Below are positions 14,909-22,714 of a stretch of 24,000 nucleotides of DNA, in pieces (positions within the stretch are counted from its first letter, which is position 1; every line of letters starts with the position of its first letter). Under the pieces are notes generated by a model, which did no database searches, was not told the DNA's origin, and saw only the letters and a list, made by a program, of their open reading frames with translations. The translations under genes and the position numbers were made by a program. The DNA is from Candidatus Shapirobacteria bacterium (GTDB lineage Bacteria > Patescibacteriota > Microgenomatia > UBA12405): NCBI GenBank assembly GCA_028709405.1, contig JAQVXB010000001.1, positions 661 to 24,660 on the forward strand, in the 5' to 3' direction.

Positions 14909-15181
14909 ATGACCAAAAAAGATTTAATCGAATCAGTCTCCCAAAAAGCTAAGCTTAGTAAAAAAGCAGCTAAACAAGCTGTAGAAACTTTTCTTTCTGA
15001 AATAATGAAAGGACTAGCTAGTGGTGAAACTGTTAAACTTTCCGGTTTTGGAACTTTCAAAACTAAAGTCTTCAAAGCTAAAACCATTAAAGCCATTGGA
15101 TCAAAAGAATCCAAAAAAATTGCTGCCAGAAGAATGCCTCGTTATATTCCCGGCACCAAGATCAAGAAAATGGTTAAATAA
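14909..15181 (+). CDS. hup: HU/IHF-family DNA-binding protein
   Basis: 90 aa: MTKKDLIESVSQKA.LSKK.A..AVE.F...I...L..GE.V.L.GFG.F, with an arm region ending R.P. Confidence 0.9.
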   Translation: MTKKDLIESVSQKAKLSKKAAKQAVETFLSEIMKGLASGETVKLSGFGTFKTKVFKAKTIKAIGSKESKKIAARRMPRYIPGTKIKKMVK

Positions 15182-15201
15182 TTCATCTTTTTGAATTTCT
15201 A

Positions 15202-15232
15202 AATCCCTCCGATTTTCGGGGGGATTTTTGTT
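15202..15232 (+). terminator. Intrinsic terminator after hup
   Basis: 10-bp stem AATCCCTCCG/CGGGGGGATT (one G-U pair), loop ATTTT, followed by a T-run (15225-15229, then GTT). Confidence 0.6.
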
Positions 15233-15242
15233 AAAATACACT

Positions 15243-16313
15243 ATGAAATTATCAATCGGTATTGTTGGCTTACCTAATGTTGGCAAATCGACTCTTTTTA
15301 ATGCGCTTTTGGGTAAACAAGTTGCCGATGCTAGCAATTATCCTTTTTGTACCATCGATCCTAATGTTGGTGTAGTTGAAGTTCCCGATGATAAATTGCC
15401 TATTTTAGCTAAAATTGTTAAAACCGACAAAATAGTTCCTGCTATTGTTGAATTTGTTGATATTGCCGGTCTGGTTAAGGGTGCTTCACAAGGTGAGGGA
15501 CTCGGTAATAAATTCCTTACCAATATTCGTGACTGTGATGCCATCTGCCACGTTGTTCGTGCCTTTTCCGACTCTAATATTATTAAAGAGGGTTCAGTTA
15601 ATCCTCAAGGCGATTTTGAAGTCATTTGTGCCGAGCTCATTATTAAAGATTTAGAGACCATTGATAAATATCTTGATGTTAATAAAAATAATGCCAAAGA
15701 AAACAAATCTAAAAAATTTACCTTAGCTACCAAATTGAAAACCGAATTGGAAAAAGGCAATTTAGCTGTCAATCTAAAATTAGATGATGAAGAAAAAGAA
15801 ATGATTAAAGAATTTTTCTTACTAACCGCCAAACCATATTTTATTGTCGCTAATGTTGATGAAGATACTTATAAAGAAATTTCCAATTTCCAATTTCCAA
15901 TTTCCAATGAAAATGGAATTATTCCAATTTGTGCAAAAGTTGAATTTGATTTATCGGAATTAAATCAGAAAGATAAAAAAGATTATTTAAAAGAATTGGG
16001 TGTTAATAAATCTGGATTGGAAAGGGTTATTCAAAAAGCCTATGATACCCTCGGCCTTCAATCTTATTACACTGCTGGTGTTAAAGAAGCCCGTGCTTGG
16101 ACCATTAAAAAAGGGGACACTGCCCCAAAAGCCGCCTCTGCCATTCACACTGATTTTGAAAAGGGCTTTATTATGGCCGAAGTTGTCTCTTACAATGATT
16201 TTGTTCAATACCAAGGTCTTTTAGGGGCCAAAGAAGCCGGTAAACTTCGTCACGAGGGTCGTGATTACATTATGCGTCCCGACGATGTGGTTGAATTTAG
16301 AATCAATGCTTAA
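15243..16313 (+). CDS. ychF: Ribosome-binding ATPase YchF (Obg-like)
   Basis: ATG 15243 gives [22 protein letters not shown], the canonical N-terminus. The track TTG start at 15228 lies inside the hup terminator. The C-terminal TGS region [27 protein letters not shown] is present. Confidence 0.9.
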   Translation: MKLSIGIVGLPNVGKSTLFNALLGKQVADASNYPFCTIDPNVGVVEVPDDKLPILAKIVKTDKIVPAIVEFVDIAGLVKGASQGEGLGNKFLTNIRDCDAICHVVRAFSDSNIIKEGSVNPQGDFEVICAELIIKDLETIDKYLDVNKNNAKENKSKKFTLATKLKTELEKGNLAVNLKLDDEEKEMIKEFFLLTAKPYFIVANVDEDTYKEISNFQFPISNENGIIPICAKVEFDLSELNQKDKKDYLKELGVNKSGLERVIQKAYDTLGLQSYYTAGVKEARAWTIKKGDTAPKAASAIHTDFEKGFIMAEVVSYNDFVQYQGLLGAKEAGKLRHEGRDYIMRPDDVVEFRINA

Positions 16314-17256
16314 CAAAATTTTAATCATTTCTGGTCCGACTGCCACCGGTAAAACCGATCTAGCAGTAGATTTGGCCAAAAAATATAAAGGGGAGTTAGT
16401 CTCTACTGATTCTTGTCAAATTTATAAAGGTTTAGATATTGGCACCGGTAAAGATCAACCTGGTGAAACCCCAATTCATTTAATCGATTTAATAACTCCA
16501 GATCAAAAATTTTCTGTAGCTCAATTTCAACAAGCTGGGTTAAAAATTATTAATAAACTCCATTTCCAAAATAAATTGCCAATTTTGGTTGGTTGTAGTG
16601 GTTTTTATCTAGACTCTTTAATTAATCAAAACTATGACACTTTTTCCATTAAACCCAATAAAATTTGGCGTTTTATTTCTAAAAAATTATCAGTCAAAGC
16701 TCTTCAAAAAATTTATAAATTATTAGATCCTAAAAATTTTTCCAAATTAAATCATTCAGATATTAATAACCACTATCGTCTAACCCGTAAAATCGAAATA
16801 AAATTATCAAAAAATAAAAAAAATAATTTGTCATTAGAAATTAGAAATTGGGATTTACTCCACATATCATTAATTGCTCCTCTCGATTTTCTTTATGATC
16901 GCATTGACAAACGCGTCCAAAAACGCCTAGATACCGGCTTTTTTGACGAAGTAGAAAATTTACTTAAAAAATATTCTTGGTCAGATCCAGGGATGCAAAT
17001 TGGAGCCTATCAATGCCTGAAACCATATTTTGAAAATCAAAAAAAGTCCTCCTTTTGTCAAAGGGGGATACCCGAAGAGAGGGGGATTTCTGATTGTCTT
17101 CAAAAATGGCGTTATGCTGAACACAGTGATGCCAGGCGTCAAAGCACTTATTTTAAGTCTAGATACTTAAACAAGGCTTATTTTTTTGACATCACTTCTC
17201 CTATGTTTAAGGATAAAATCTTTACTTTAGTTTCTAAATGGTACAATAAATTATGA
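16306..17256 (+). CDS. miaA: tRNA dimethylallyltransferase
   Basis: ATG 16306 gives [17 protein letters not shown] (P-loop at the N-terminus, as in MiaA). LVGCSGFYL and ..ARRQ.TYF are also present. It overlaps the ychF stop by 8 nt. Confidence 0.85.
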   Translation: MLNKILIISGPTATGKTDLAVDLAKKYKGELVSTDSCQIYKGLDIGTGKDQPGETPIHLIDLITPDQKFSVAQFQQAGLKIINKLHFQNKLPILVGCSGFYLDSLINQNYDTFSIKPNKIWRFISKKLSVKALQKIYKLLDPKNFSKLNHSDINNHYRLTRKIEIKLSKNKKNNLSLEIRNWDLLHISLIAPLDFLYDRIDKRVQKRLDTGFFDEVENLLKKYSWSDPGMQIGAYQCLKPYFENQKKSSFCQRGIPEERGISDCLQKWRYAEHSDARRQSTYFKSRYLNKAYFFDITSPMFKDKIFTLVSKWYNKL

Positions 17257-18230
17257 AAATTAGAAAAATAGAAATTTCTCACAAAACTATAATTTTTACC
17301 GTTGCTTTTTTATTGGCTTTAGCTTTTTTCTGGCAAATTAGAAGTATTATTATTCTCGTTTTTGTCGGTTTTGTTTTAATGGAGGCAATAAATCCCCTTG
17401 TTGTTTATCTTGAAAAAGTAAAAATACCCAGAATCCTTGCGATCTTGATCGTTTATATTCTGATTTTTGTCATTATTTCTTTTGCTGTTTCTGGTTTAAT
17501 TCCAATTCTTATTGAACAAACAGCTGGTTTAGTTAACAGCTTACCTCAAATAATTCAAAGTGTGAAAATTTTTAGTGAAAATAATATTGACTTATCTTCT
17601 CAATTTAAAATTTTAGAAACTATTCCTTCAAATATTGCTAAAATTGCTGTTTCCGTAGTATCTAATGTCTTTTCCGGATTAATTATTTTTGTAATTACTT
17701 TTTATCTATTATTGGAAAAAAATAATTTTCCTAAATATGGTGATAATCTTTTCGGTGAAAAAGGTAAAGTAAAATTTTTAAAAATTATAAAGTATATTGA
17801 ATCAAGCCTTGGAAGTTGGGTTAATGCTCAACTTTTACTAATGTTTATTATCGGAATAATTTCTTATTTCGGTTATCTAATTCTTGGCATAAAATATGCA
17901 GTTCCTTTAGCTATCTTAGCTGGTCTCTTAGAAGCAGTTCCTAATATAGGTCCAATTATTACAACAGTTGTTGCTGGTCTTTTTGCTTTAACTATTTCTC
18001 CAATTACAGCATTATTTACTGTTGTTTTTGGTATTCTAGTCCAACAATTGGAAAACAATTTTATTGTTCCTAAAGTCATGAGTAAAACAGTTGGTCTTAA
18101 TCCTTTAGTAACAATTATCTTAATTGCTTCTGGCGGTAAATTGGGGGGTATTGCTGGTGCTGTTTTAGCTATTCCTCTTTTTTTAACTGCTCAAGCCATA
18201 ATTAAAGGCCTTTCTAAAGATTCAGAATAA
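17253..18230 (+). CDS. AI-2E family transporter (PerM/UPF0118-like permease)
   Basis: 325 aa with about 7-8 hydrophobic segments. The motif AGLLEAVPNIGPII and the QQLENN.I.PKVM region are typical of this family. It has an ATGA overlap with miaA. Confidence 0.8.
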   Translation: MKIRKIEISHKTIIFTVAFLLALAFFWQIRSIIILVFVGFVLMEAINPLVVYLEKVKIPRILAILIVYILIFVIISFAVSGLIPILIEQTAGLVNSLPQIIQSVKIFSENNIDLSSQFKILETIPSNIAKIAVSVVSNVFSGLIIFVITFYLLLEKNNFPKYGDNLFGEKGKVKFLKIIKYIESSLGSWVNAQLLLMFIIGIISYFGYLILGIKYAVPLAILAGLLEAVPNIGPIITTVVAGLFALTISPITALFTVVFGILVQQLENNFIVPKVMSKTVGLNPLVTIILIASGGKLGGIAGAVLAIPLFLTAQAIIKGLSKDSE

Positions 18231-18234
18231 AAAT

Positions 18235-18480
18235 CCTAAAGACATTGATAAGCCGGATTCTGTTTAGAAGCTATCAATCTACTCTCTCTACCTGAAACTC
18301 TCAAAAGCTAGATATTAACGTTTCATCTTGAGATTTCCACCAGAAGGATGCTCGTTTCATATTTCTCGTCTCTGTAGCAGCGCCCAAAGCTCACGCCCTG
18401 GCCCCTTAGGACTTCTGTGCTTTTTGTGGTCCGGACTTTCCTCCCCGACAAGTCGGGGTAAGCCTCTCAATCTCTTTAGG
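18235..18480 (-). ncRNA. rnpB: RNase P RNA, strongly reduced bacterial form (about 246 nt between the P1 ends)
   Basis: The minus-strand RNA contains the universal GGAGGAAAGUCCGG (CR-I) and ACAGAAUCCGGCUUAUC (CR-V). Pairings I can see:
- P1: CCUAAAGAGAUUGA (18480-18467) with UCAAUGUCUUUAGG (18248-18235), one mismatch
- P2: GAGGCU/AGCUUC
- P3: CCCCGA-CUUG-UCGGGG
- P4: AAG(U)CCGG/CCGGCUU. Confidence 0.85.
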
Positions 18481-18488
18481 ACATGTCT

Positions 18489-18517
18489 ATTATAGCTTTA
18501 AATATTAATACAAACAA
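18489..18517 (-). promoter_or_regulatory. Candidate promoter of rnpB
   Basis: On the minus strand: TTGTTT (18517-18512), a 17-nt spacer, then TATAAT (18494-18489), with 8 nt to the first P1 nucleotide (18480). The predicted start is within 1-2 nt of the mature 5' end. Confidence 0.45.
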
Positions 18518-18520
18518 ATA

Positions 18521-18546
18521 CCCCTCCAAAAATTTGGAGGGGTTTT
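18521..18546. terminator. Bidirectional intrinsic terminator
   Basis: Perfect inverted repeat CCCCTCCAAA (18521-18530) / TTTGGAGGGG (18533-18542). On plus it is followed by TTTTAATT. On minus it is followed by TATTTGTTTGTATT. Confidence 0.6.
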
Positions 18547-18568
18547 AATTCTAATCTAATCTTTATTT

Positions 18569-18742
18569 TTATAATAAAGCTGCATCAGCGGCTGATAAGA
18601 TTTTGAACATTTTGGTTCCAGTTTCTGGATCAATAGTTTCAGCAGCTGGTCTACCGTTTTTTAACATAACTTTTTTAACTTTGTTTACGTCAACCTCGAC
18701 AGACTTACGTGATTTAACGTTATAAAATTTAATTGTTGGCAT
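18569..18742 (-). CDS. Hypothetical small protein, 57 aa (not in ORF track)
   Basis: My manual translation is MPTIKFYNVKSRKSVEVDVNKVKKVMLKNGRPAAETIDPETGTKMFKILSAADAALL*. A perfect SD GGGAGGTGA (18757-18749) lies 6 nt before the ATG. The terminator hairpin sits 23 nt after the stop. Confidence 0.6.
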   Translation of the reverse strand: MPTIKFYNVKSRKSVEVDVNKVKKVMLKNGRPAAETIDPETGTKMFKILSAADAALL

Positions 18743-18935
18743 TAATCTTCACCTCCCTTATAAAAATAATAATTTTTAATAAGCATTTTTAAGATAATAA
18801 ATAACTATAATAGCCCCAATCGAAATCAAACTCAAGATTAAGCTTCTCAATAAATCTTTTTTAATATATTTATTTTCGTTCATTATGTGTTTCTATCGCC
18901 AGTATAGCATATTGTTTTGCTACAATTAATAATCG

Positions 18936-19286
18936 ATGTCCTTCTTAATATATTTAATATTAACAATCAATTTTTTGTGGCTTGGCTACCTAACCTATCT
19001 AGTTTATATTAAAAATAATTCTAAAAATAAAGCTGCAGATTTAAATCAATTAGACAATAACCTAAAAATAGGTATTACTAGATTTAATCCTTTCGATGAT
19101 GTTGGTGGTGATCAAAGTTTTATTTTAACTATTTTAGATAAAAATAATTCTGGAGCCATTATTACTTCTCTCCATAATCGTGATGTCACTAGAATTTATG
19201 CCAAACCAATTAAAAACGGTTTTGGTGAAAATATCACTTTGTCAAAGGAAGAAAAATCCGCTATAGTTAAAACTATTAAAAATTAA
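18936..19286 (+). CDS. DUF4446-family membrane-anchored protein
   Basis: 116 aa with an N-terminal TM helix. The region ITRFNPFDDVGGDQSFILTILDKNNSGAIITSLHNRDVTRIYAKPIKNG....LSKEEK.AI matches my recollection of the DUF4446 core (RYNAF.D.GG..SFS.ALLD..G.G.V...I..R...R.YAK....G). Confidence 0.65.
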   Translation: MSFLIYLILTINFLWLGYLTYLVYIKNNSKNKAADLNQLDNNLKIGITRFNPFDDVGGDQSFILTILDKNNSGAIITSLHNRDVTRIYAKPIKNGFGENITLSKEEKSAIVKTIKN

Positions 19287-19293
19287 TTTTTAA

Positions 19294-20562
19294 ATGAATA
19301 AAAATTTATTAAAAATAACCGGATACCTGGGTGTTTTTTTATTTGTTACCGGTATTTCGTATTATTTATTTGATTATTTAATTCCTTCTGGGTCTGGAAT
19401 TTCTCTTTCTCCTGGTGGCACAGAAATTAATAAAGATAAAACAGAAGAAGATGCTTCTTCGACCAATACTTACACTGGTCCAAAAACTGAAATATGTCCT
19501 ATAAATGGTCAACTTTACACTAAAGAGGAAAAAGCTATTTGGTCAACCCGTCGGCCTCTTCTTGTTATGATCGAAAACCATGAAGACTCTCGTCCTCAAT
19601 CAGGTCTTCAATCTGCAGACATTGTCTACGAAGCCGTTGCTGAAGGTGGAATTACCCGATTTATGGGAGTTTTTTATTGTGGTATAGTTGCTAGTCAGGC
19701 TGATTTAGATGCTAAGTATGACGTCGGTCCTGTTCGTTCAGCTAGAACTTATTTTCTAGATATTGCTTCAGAATACTCTGATTACCCTCTATATAACCAC
19801 GTTGGTGGAGCCAATTGTTCTGCTCCTAAAGACCCAGTTACTGGTCGTCAATCAGGTCCTTGTACTACTAATAAAAAAGCCCAAGCCTTAGAACAAATTG
19901 CTCAATATGGTTGGAATAATCAAGGAACCTGGAGTGATTTAAGTCAATTTTCCCTTTCCTACAAGGCTTGTCGACGTGAACCAGATCGAACTGGCGACGA
20001 AAGAGCAACTGAACACACTATGTATTGTTCTACCACTGAACTTTGGAATATTGCCGAAAACAGAGGTCTCACTAATATAACCGAGGCTAAAAAGAGTTCT
20101 TGGGATAAATCATATAAACCATGGCTATTTACCCAAAAAGATTCAACCTCAAATTCTGCTTCTACTATTTCTTTTGACTTTTGGTCTGGCTACAAAGGTT
20201 ATTCTGTTTCTTGGAAATACGACCCATCGTCAAATCTCTATCTGCGTAGTAATGGTGGAAAGGAACAGACTGATTTTAATACCAAAAAAACTATCACTGC
20301 CAAAAATATTATTATTCAGTTTACTAAAGAATCAAGATCTGTTGATGAACATTTTCATAATCTCTATGAGATGATTGGTAGTGGTAAGGGTATTTTGTAC
20401 CAAAATGGTAATAAAATTGATATTACTTGGTCAAAAGCCAATCGAACAGCCAGAACTATTTTTAAAGATGCCAGTAATAAAGAAGTTAATTTCGTCCCAG
20501 GTAATATTTGGGTTGAAATATTACCATTAAATACTAACGTTTCTTATGAAAATTCAAACTAG
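19294..20562 (+). CDS. DUF3048 (YerB-like) secreted or membrane-anchored protein
   Basis: 422 aa with an N-terminal signal-anchor. The region RRPLLVMIENHEDSRPQSGLQSADIVYEAVAEGGITRFMGVFY matches the conserved DUF3048 N-terminal block. Confidence 0.75.
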   Translation: MNKNLLKITGYLGVFLFVTGISYYLFDYLIPSGSGISLSPGGTEINKDKTEEDASSTNTYTGPKTEICPINGQLYTKEEKAIWSTRRPLLVMIENHEDSRPQSGLQSADIVYEAVAEGGITRFMGVFYCGIVASQADLDAKYDVGPVRSARTYFLDIASEYSDYPLYNHVGGANCSAPKDPVTGRQSGPCTTNKKAQALEQIAQYGWNNQGTWSDLSQFSLSYKACRREPDRTGDERATEHTMYCSTTELWNIAENRGLTNITEAKKSSWDKSYKPWLFTQKDSTSNSASTISFDFWSGYKGYSVSWKYDPSSNLYLRSNGGKEQTDFNTKKTITAKNIIIQFTKESRSVDEHFHNLYEMIGSGKGILYQNGNKIDITWSKANRTARTIFKDASNKEVNFVPGNIWVEILPLNTNVSYENSN

Positions 20563-21142
20563 CTTAAAGCAACTTTTAGTTTCTCAAACTAGATTAAAAC
20601 TAATTACTATTCTTTTTTCCAGCCCAAAAGAAATTTATTATGTCCGTCAATTAGTTCGTTTAGTTGAAGAAGAAATAAATTCAGTTCGTCGCGAACTAGA
20701 TAATCTCAAAAAAGTTGGAATCGTTGAATCGGAATGGCGAGGTAATCGACTTTATTATTGGGCCAATAAACAATCACCTATTTTTTATGATCTCCTAATT
20801 TTAGCCAATAAAAATTCTGGCCTTGGGCTAAAATTACAACATAAAAATGAAACTCTAAGTCCCATAAAATTAGTTTTATATAATTATAAATTTGCTGTCG
20901 GTGAAAAAAGAAATCAAGACGGTATTGATTTAATTATTGTTGGTGATTTATTTTCTCTTAAAGAAGTTGGTCTTTTAATTAAACAAGAAGAAGAAATTCG
21001 TGGTCACGAGATTAATTATATGGTTATGGATAAAGAGGAATTTCAAATGCGAAAGCAAAAAAGAGACCAATTTATTGTCGACTTTTTTTTAAGCTGTCCA
21101 ATAGTTATAATAGGGAGCTCTTCAGAAATTGCTAGTATTTAA
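20546..21142 (+). CDS. Winged-helix (ArsR/MarR-like) transcriptional regulator with an uncharacterised C-terminal domain
   Basis: 198 aa. The N-terminus TRLKLITILFSSPKEIYYVRQLVRLVEEEINSVRRELDNLKKVGIVESEWRGNRLYY has a wHTH pattern. The C-terminus has IDLIIVGD...EINYMVMDKEEF. It overlaps the upstream gene by 17 nt. Confidence 0.55.
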   Translation: MKIQTSLKQLLVSQTRLKLITILFSSPKEIYYVRQLVRLVEEEINSVRRELDNLKKVGIVESEWRGNRLYYWANKQSPIFYDLLILANKNSGLGLKLQHKNETLSPIKLVLYNYKFAVGEKRNQDGIDLIIVGDLFSLKEVGLLIKQEEEIRGHEINYMVMDKEEFQMRKQKRDQFIVDFFLSCPIVIIGSSSEIASI

Positions 21143-21146
21143 TAAA

Positions 21147-21335
21147 ATGACTCAACTTAGAAAAGTAATAAAAACTGGAAATAGTTTAGCCCTAACTATT
21201 CCTTCAAAATCAATCAAGGATTTTAATGTTAAAGAAGGGGATATGGTTTTAGTTAAAGTTAATAAAAGTAAGGCCTCAATTAGCTATATTTTTTCCGGCC
21301 ATCCTCGACAACTTTCTCTTATTGCTTCCAAGTAA
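21147..21335 (+). CDS. AbrB/MazE/SpoVT-family DNA-binding protein (antitoxin-like), 62 aa
   Basis: KVIKTGNSLALTIPSKSIKDFNVKEGDMVLVKV is the swapped-hairpin AbrB/MazE signature. The start is moved to ATG 21147 (MTQLRK...), just after the upstream stop. Confidence 0.6.
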   Translation: MTQLRKVIKTGNSLALTIPSKSIKDFNVKEGDMVLVKVNKSKASISYIFSGHPRQLSLIASK

Positions 21336-21337
21336 TT

Positions 21338-22714
21338 ATGCCCAATGCAAATAAAACTATCAGGATTTTTTGGACAATTTTAGCCCTAACTTTTGTTTGT
21401 TTAATAATAAATTTACCAAAGCAAATCCCTCTGGATATTAATTTAGGAAAAATAAGTTTTCAACATACTTTTTATCGTCCCGATTTTAGTTTTAAAATTG
21501 GCCAAAAAGAGTTCAAAAAAGATTTAGACCTCAAATTTGGATTAGATCTTGCCGGCGGCGCCTCTCTTACTTTTAATATTGATACCTCAGAAGTAAAAAA
21601 AGAAGATATTTCTTCAGCTTTAGAGTCTTTAAAAAGTAACATTGAAAGAAGAATTAATTTATTTGGTGTTAGTGAAACTAATGTTCAGATTATTAAACAA
21701 GAAGAACAATACCGTCTAAAAGTAGAACTTCCTGGAGTAGAAGATGTTTCTAGTGCTGTTAAATTGATTGGAACCACTGCTCAATTAAAATTTAAAGGTG
21801 AAATAGAATTACCTCCAGAAGCCACAGCTTCTGCCACTTTTGAAGATGTTTTTTCCAAGGATACAGAACTAAACGGTTCTCATTTAACTAAAGCTTTTGT
21901 TCAAATTAACCCCAACAATTCCGAACCAGAAGTATCCCTCGAATTCAACGAGGAAGGATCCAAACTTTTTGCTACTGCCACCAAAGAGTTTTTAAATAAA
22001 AGAATAGCCATCTTAATTGATGATTATCCTATTACTTCTCCTCCAGTTGTCCAAGTTGTCATCACTGACGGCAAAGCTGTAATTAGTGGTAGTTTTGACA
22101 ATAAATCTGCCAAAGAATTAGCAGTTCAATTAAATGCCGGAGCTCTTCCTTTATCTATTGATTTAATTCAACAATCTCAAGTCGGAGCCACTTTAGGTAA
22201 AAATTCGATTGATAAAGGTATTTTTGCTGGAGTTGTAGGAATAATATTGGTCTCAATTTTTATGATTGGTAATTATGGCAAACTTGGACTAATTGCTGAT
22301 TTTGGTTTGATAATTTATGGATTAATTACCTTAACTCTCTATAGATTAATTCCTGTCACTTTAACTTTTCCTGGTATAGTTGGTTTTATTTTATCAATTG
22401 GTATGGCTGTCGATAGTAATGTTTTGATTTTTGAAAGGATGAAAGAAGAATTACGTAAAGGTAAGTCTTGGAACTCAGCCTTGGAACTTGGATTTGGTCG
22501 AGCCTGGACTTCAATTAAAGATGCTAATACTTGTGCTCTTATAACCGGTTTAATCTTATTTAATCCTTTTAATTGGAGTTTTCTTAATACTTCTGGCATG
22601 GTTAGGGGATTTGCAATTACCTTAATTTTAGGAATAACAGTTGGTATTTTTACTGGCGTCTTTGTTACTCGAAATTTATTACGTGTCTTAGCTAAGGAGA
22701 AAATAGAAAAATGA
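21338..22714 (+). CDS. secD: Protein translocase subunit SecD
   Basis: 458 aa with an N-terminal TM, the periplasmic-domain motif LKFGLDLAGG, and a C-terminal 5-TM block containing SIGMAVDSNVLIFERMKEE. Confidence 0.9.
   Translation: MPNANKTIRIFWTILALTFVCLIINLPKQIPLDINLGKISFQHTFYRPDFSFKIGQKEFKKDLDLKFGLDLAGGASLTFNIDTSEVKKEDISSALESLKSNIERRINLFGVSETNVQIIKQEEQYRLKVELPGVEDVSSAVKLIGTTAQLKFKGEIELPPEATASATFEDVFSKDTELNGSHLTKAFVQINPNNSEPEVSLEFNEEGSKLFATATKEFLNKRIAILIDDYPITSPPVVQVVITDGKAVISGSFDNKSAKELAVQLNAGALPLSIDLIQQSQVGATLGKNSIDKGIFAGVVGIILVSIFMIGNYGKLGLIADFGLIIYGLITLTLYRLIPVTLTFPGIVGFILSIGMAVDSNVLIFERMKEELRKGKSWNSALELGFGRAWTSIKDANTCALITGLILFNPFNWSFLNTSGMVRGFAITLILGITVGIFTGVFVTRNLLRVLAKEKIEK

Noticed and set aside
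14890-16224. Series of 68-78-aa ORFs on both strands: 14890-15114, 15101-15337, 15338-15544, 15445-15654, 15605-15832, 15987-16214, 16000-16224
   Set aside because: All overlap hup or ychF, which have unambiguous family signatures. None has an SD or a recognisable product.
18776-18883. 35-aa minus-strand ORF (MNENKYIKKDLLRSLILSLISIGAIIVIYYLKNAY) upstream of the 57-aa ORF
   Set aside because: It has a plausible single TM helix and sits in an operon position. However, it has no SD, is very short, and lies in AT-rich DNA where such ORFs arise by chance. Support is insufficient to call it.
4222-21146. Longer N-termini proposed by the ORF track for rpsM (4222), rpsI (7543), rny (13236), ychF (15228), miaA (16261) and the AbrB-like gene (21129)
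   Set aside because: Each extension overlaps the upstream gene or a terminator, uses TTG or an upstream ATG, and adds residues absent from the family N-terminus. In-frame ATGs at 4267, 7588, 13272, 15243, 16306 and 21147 restore canonical N-termini.
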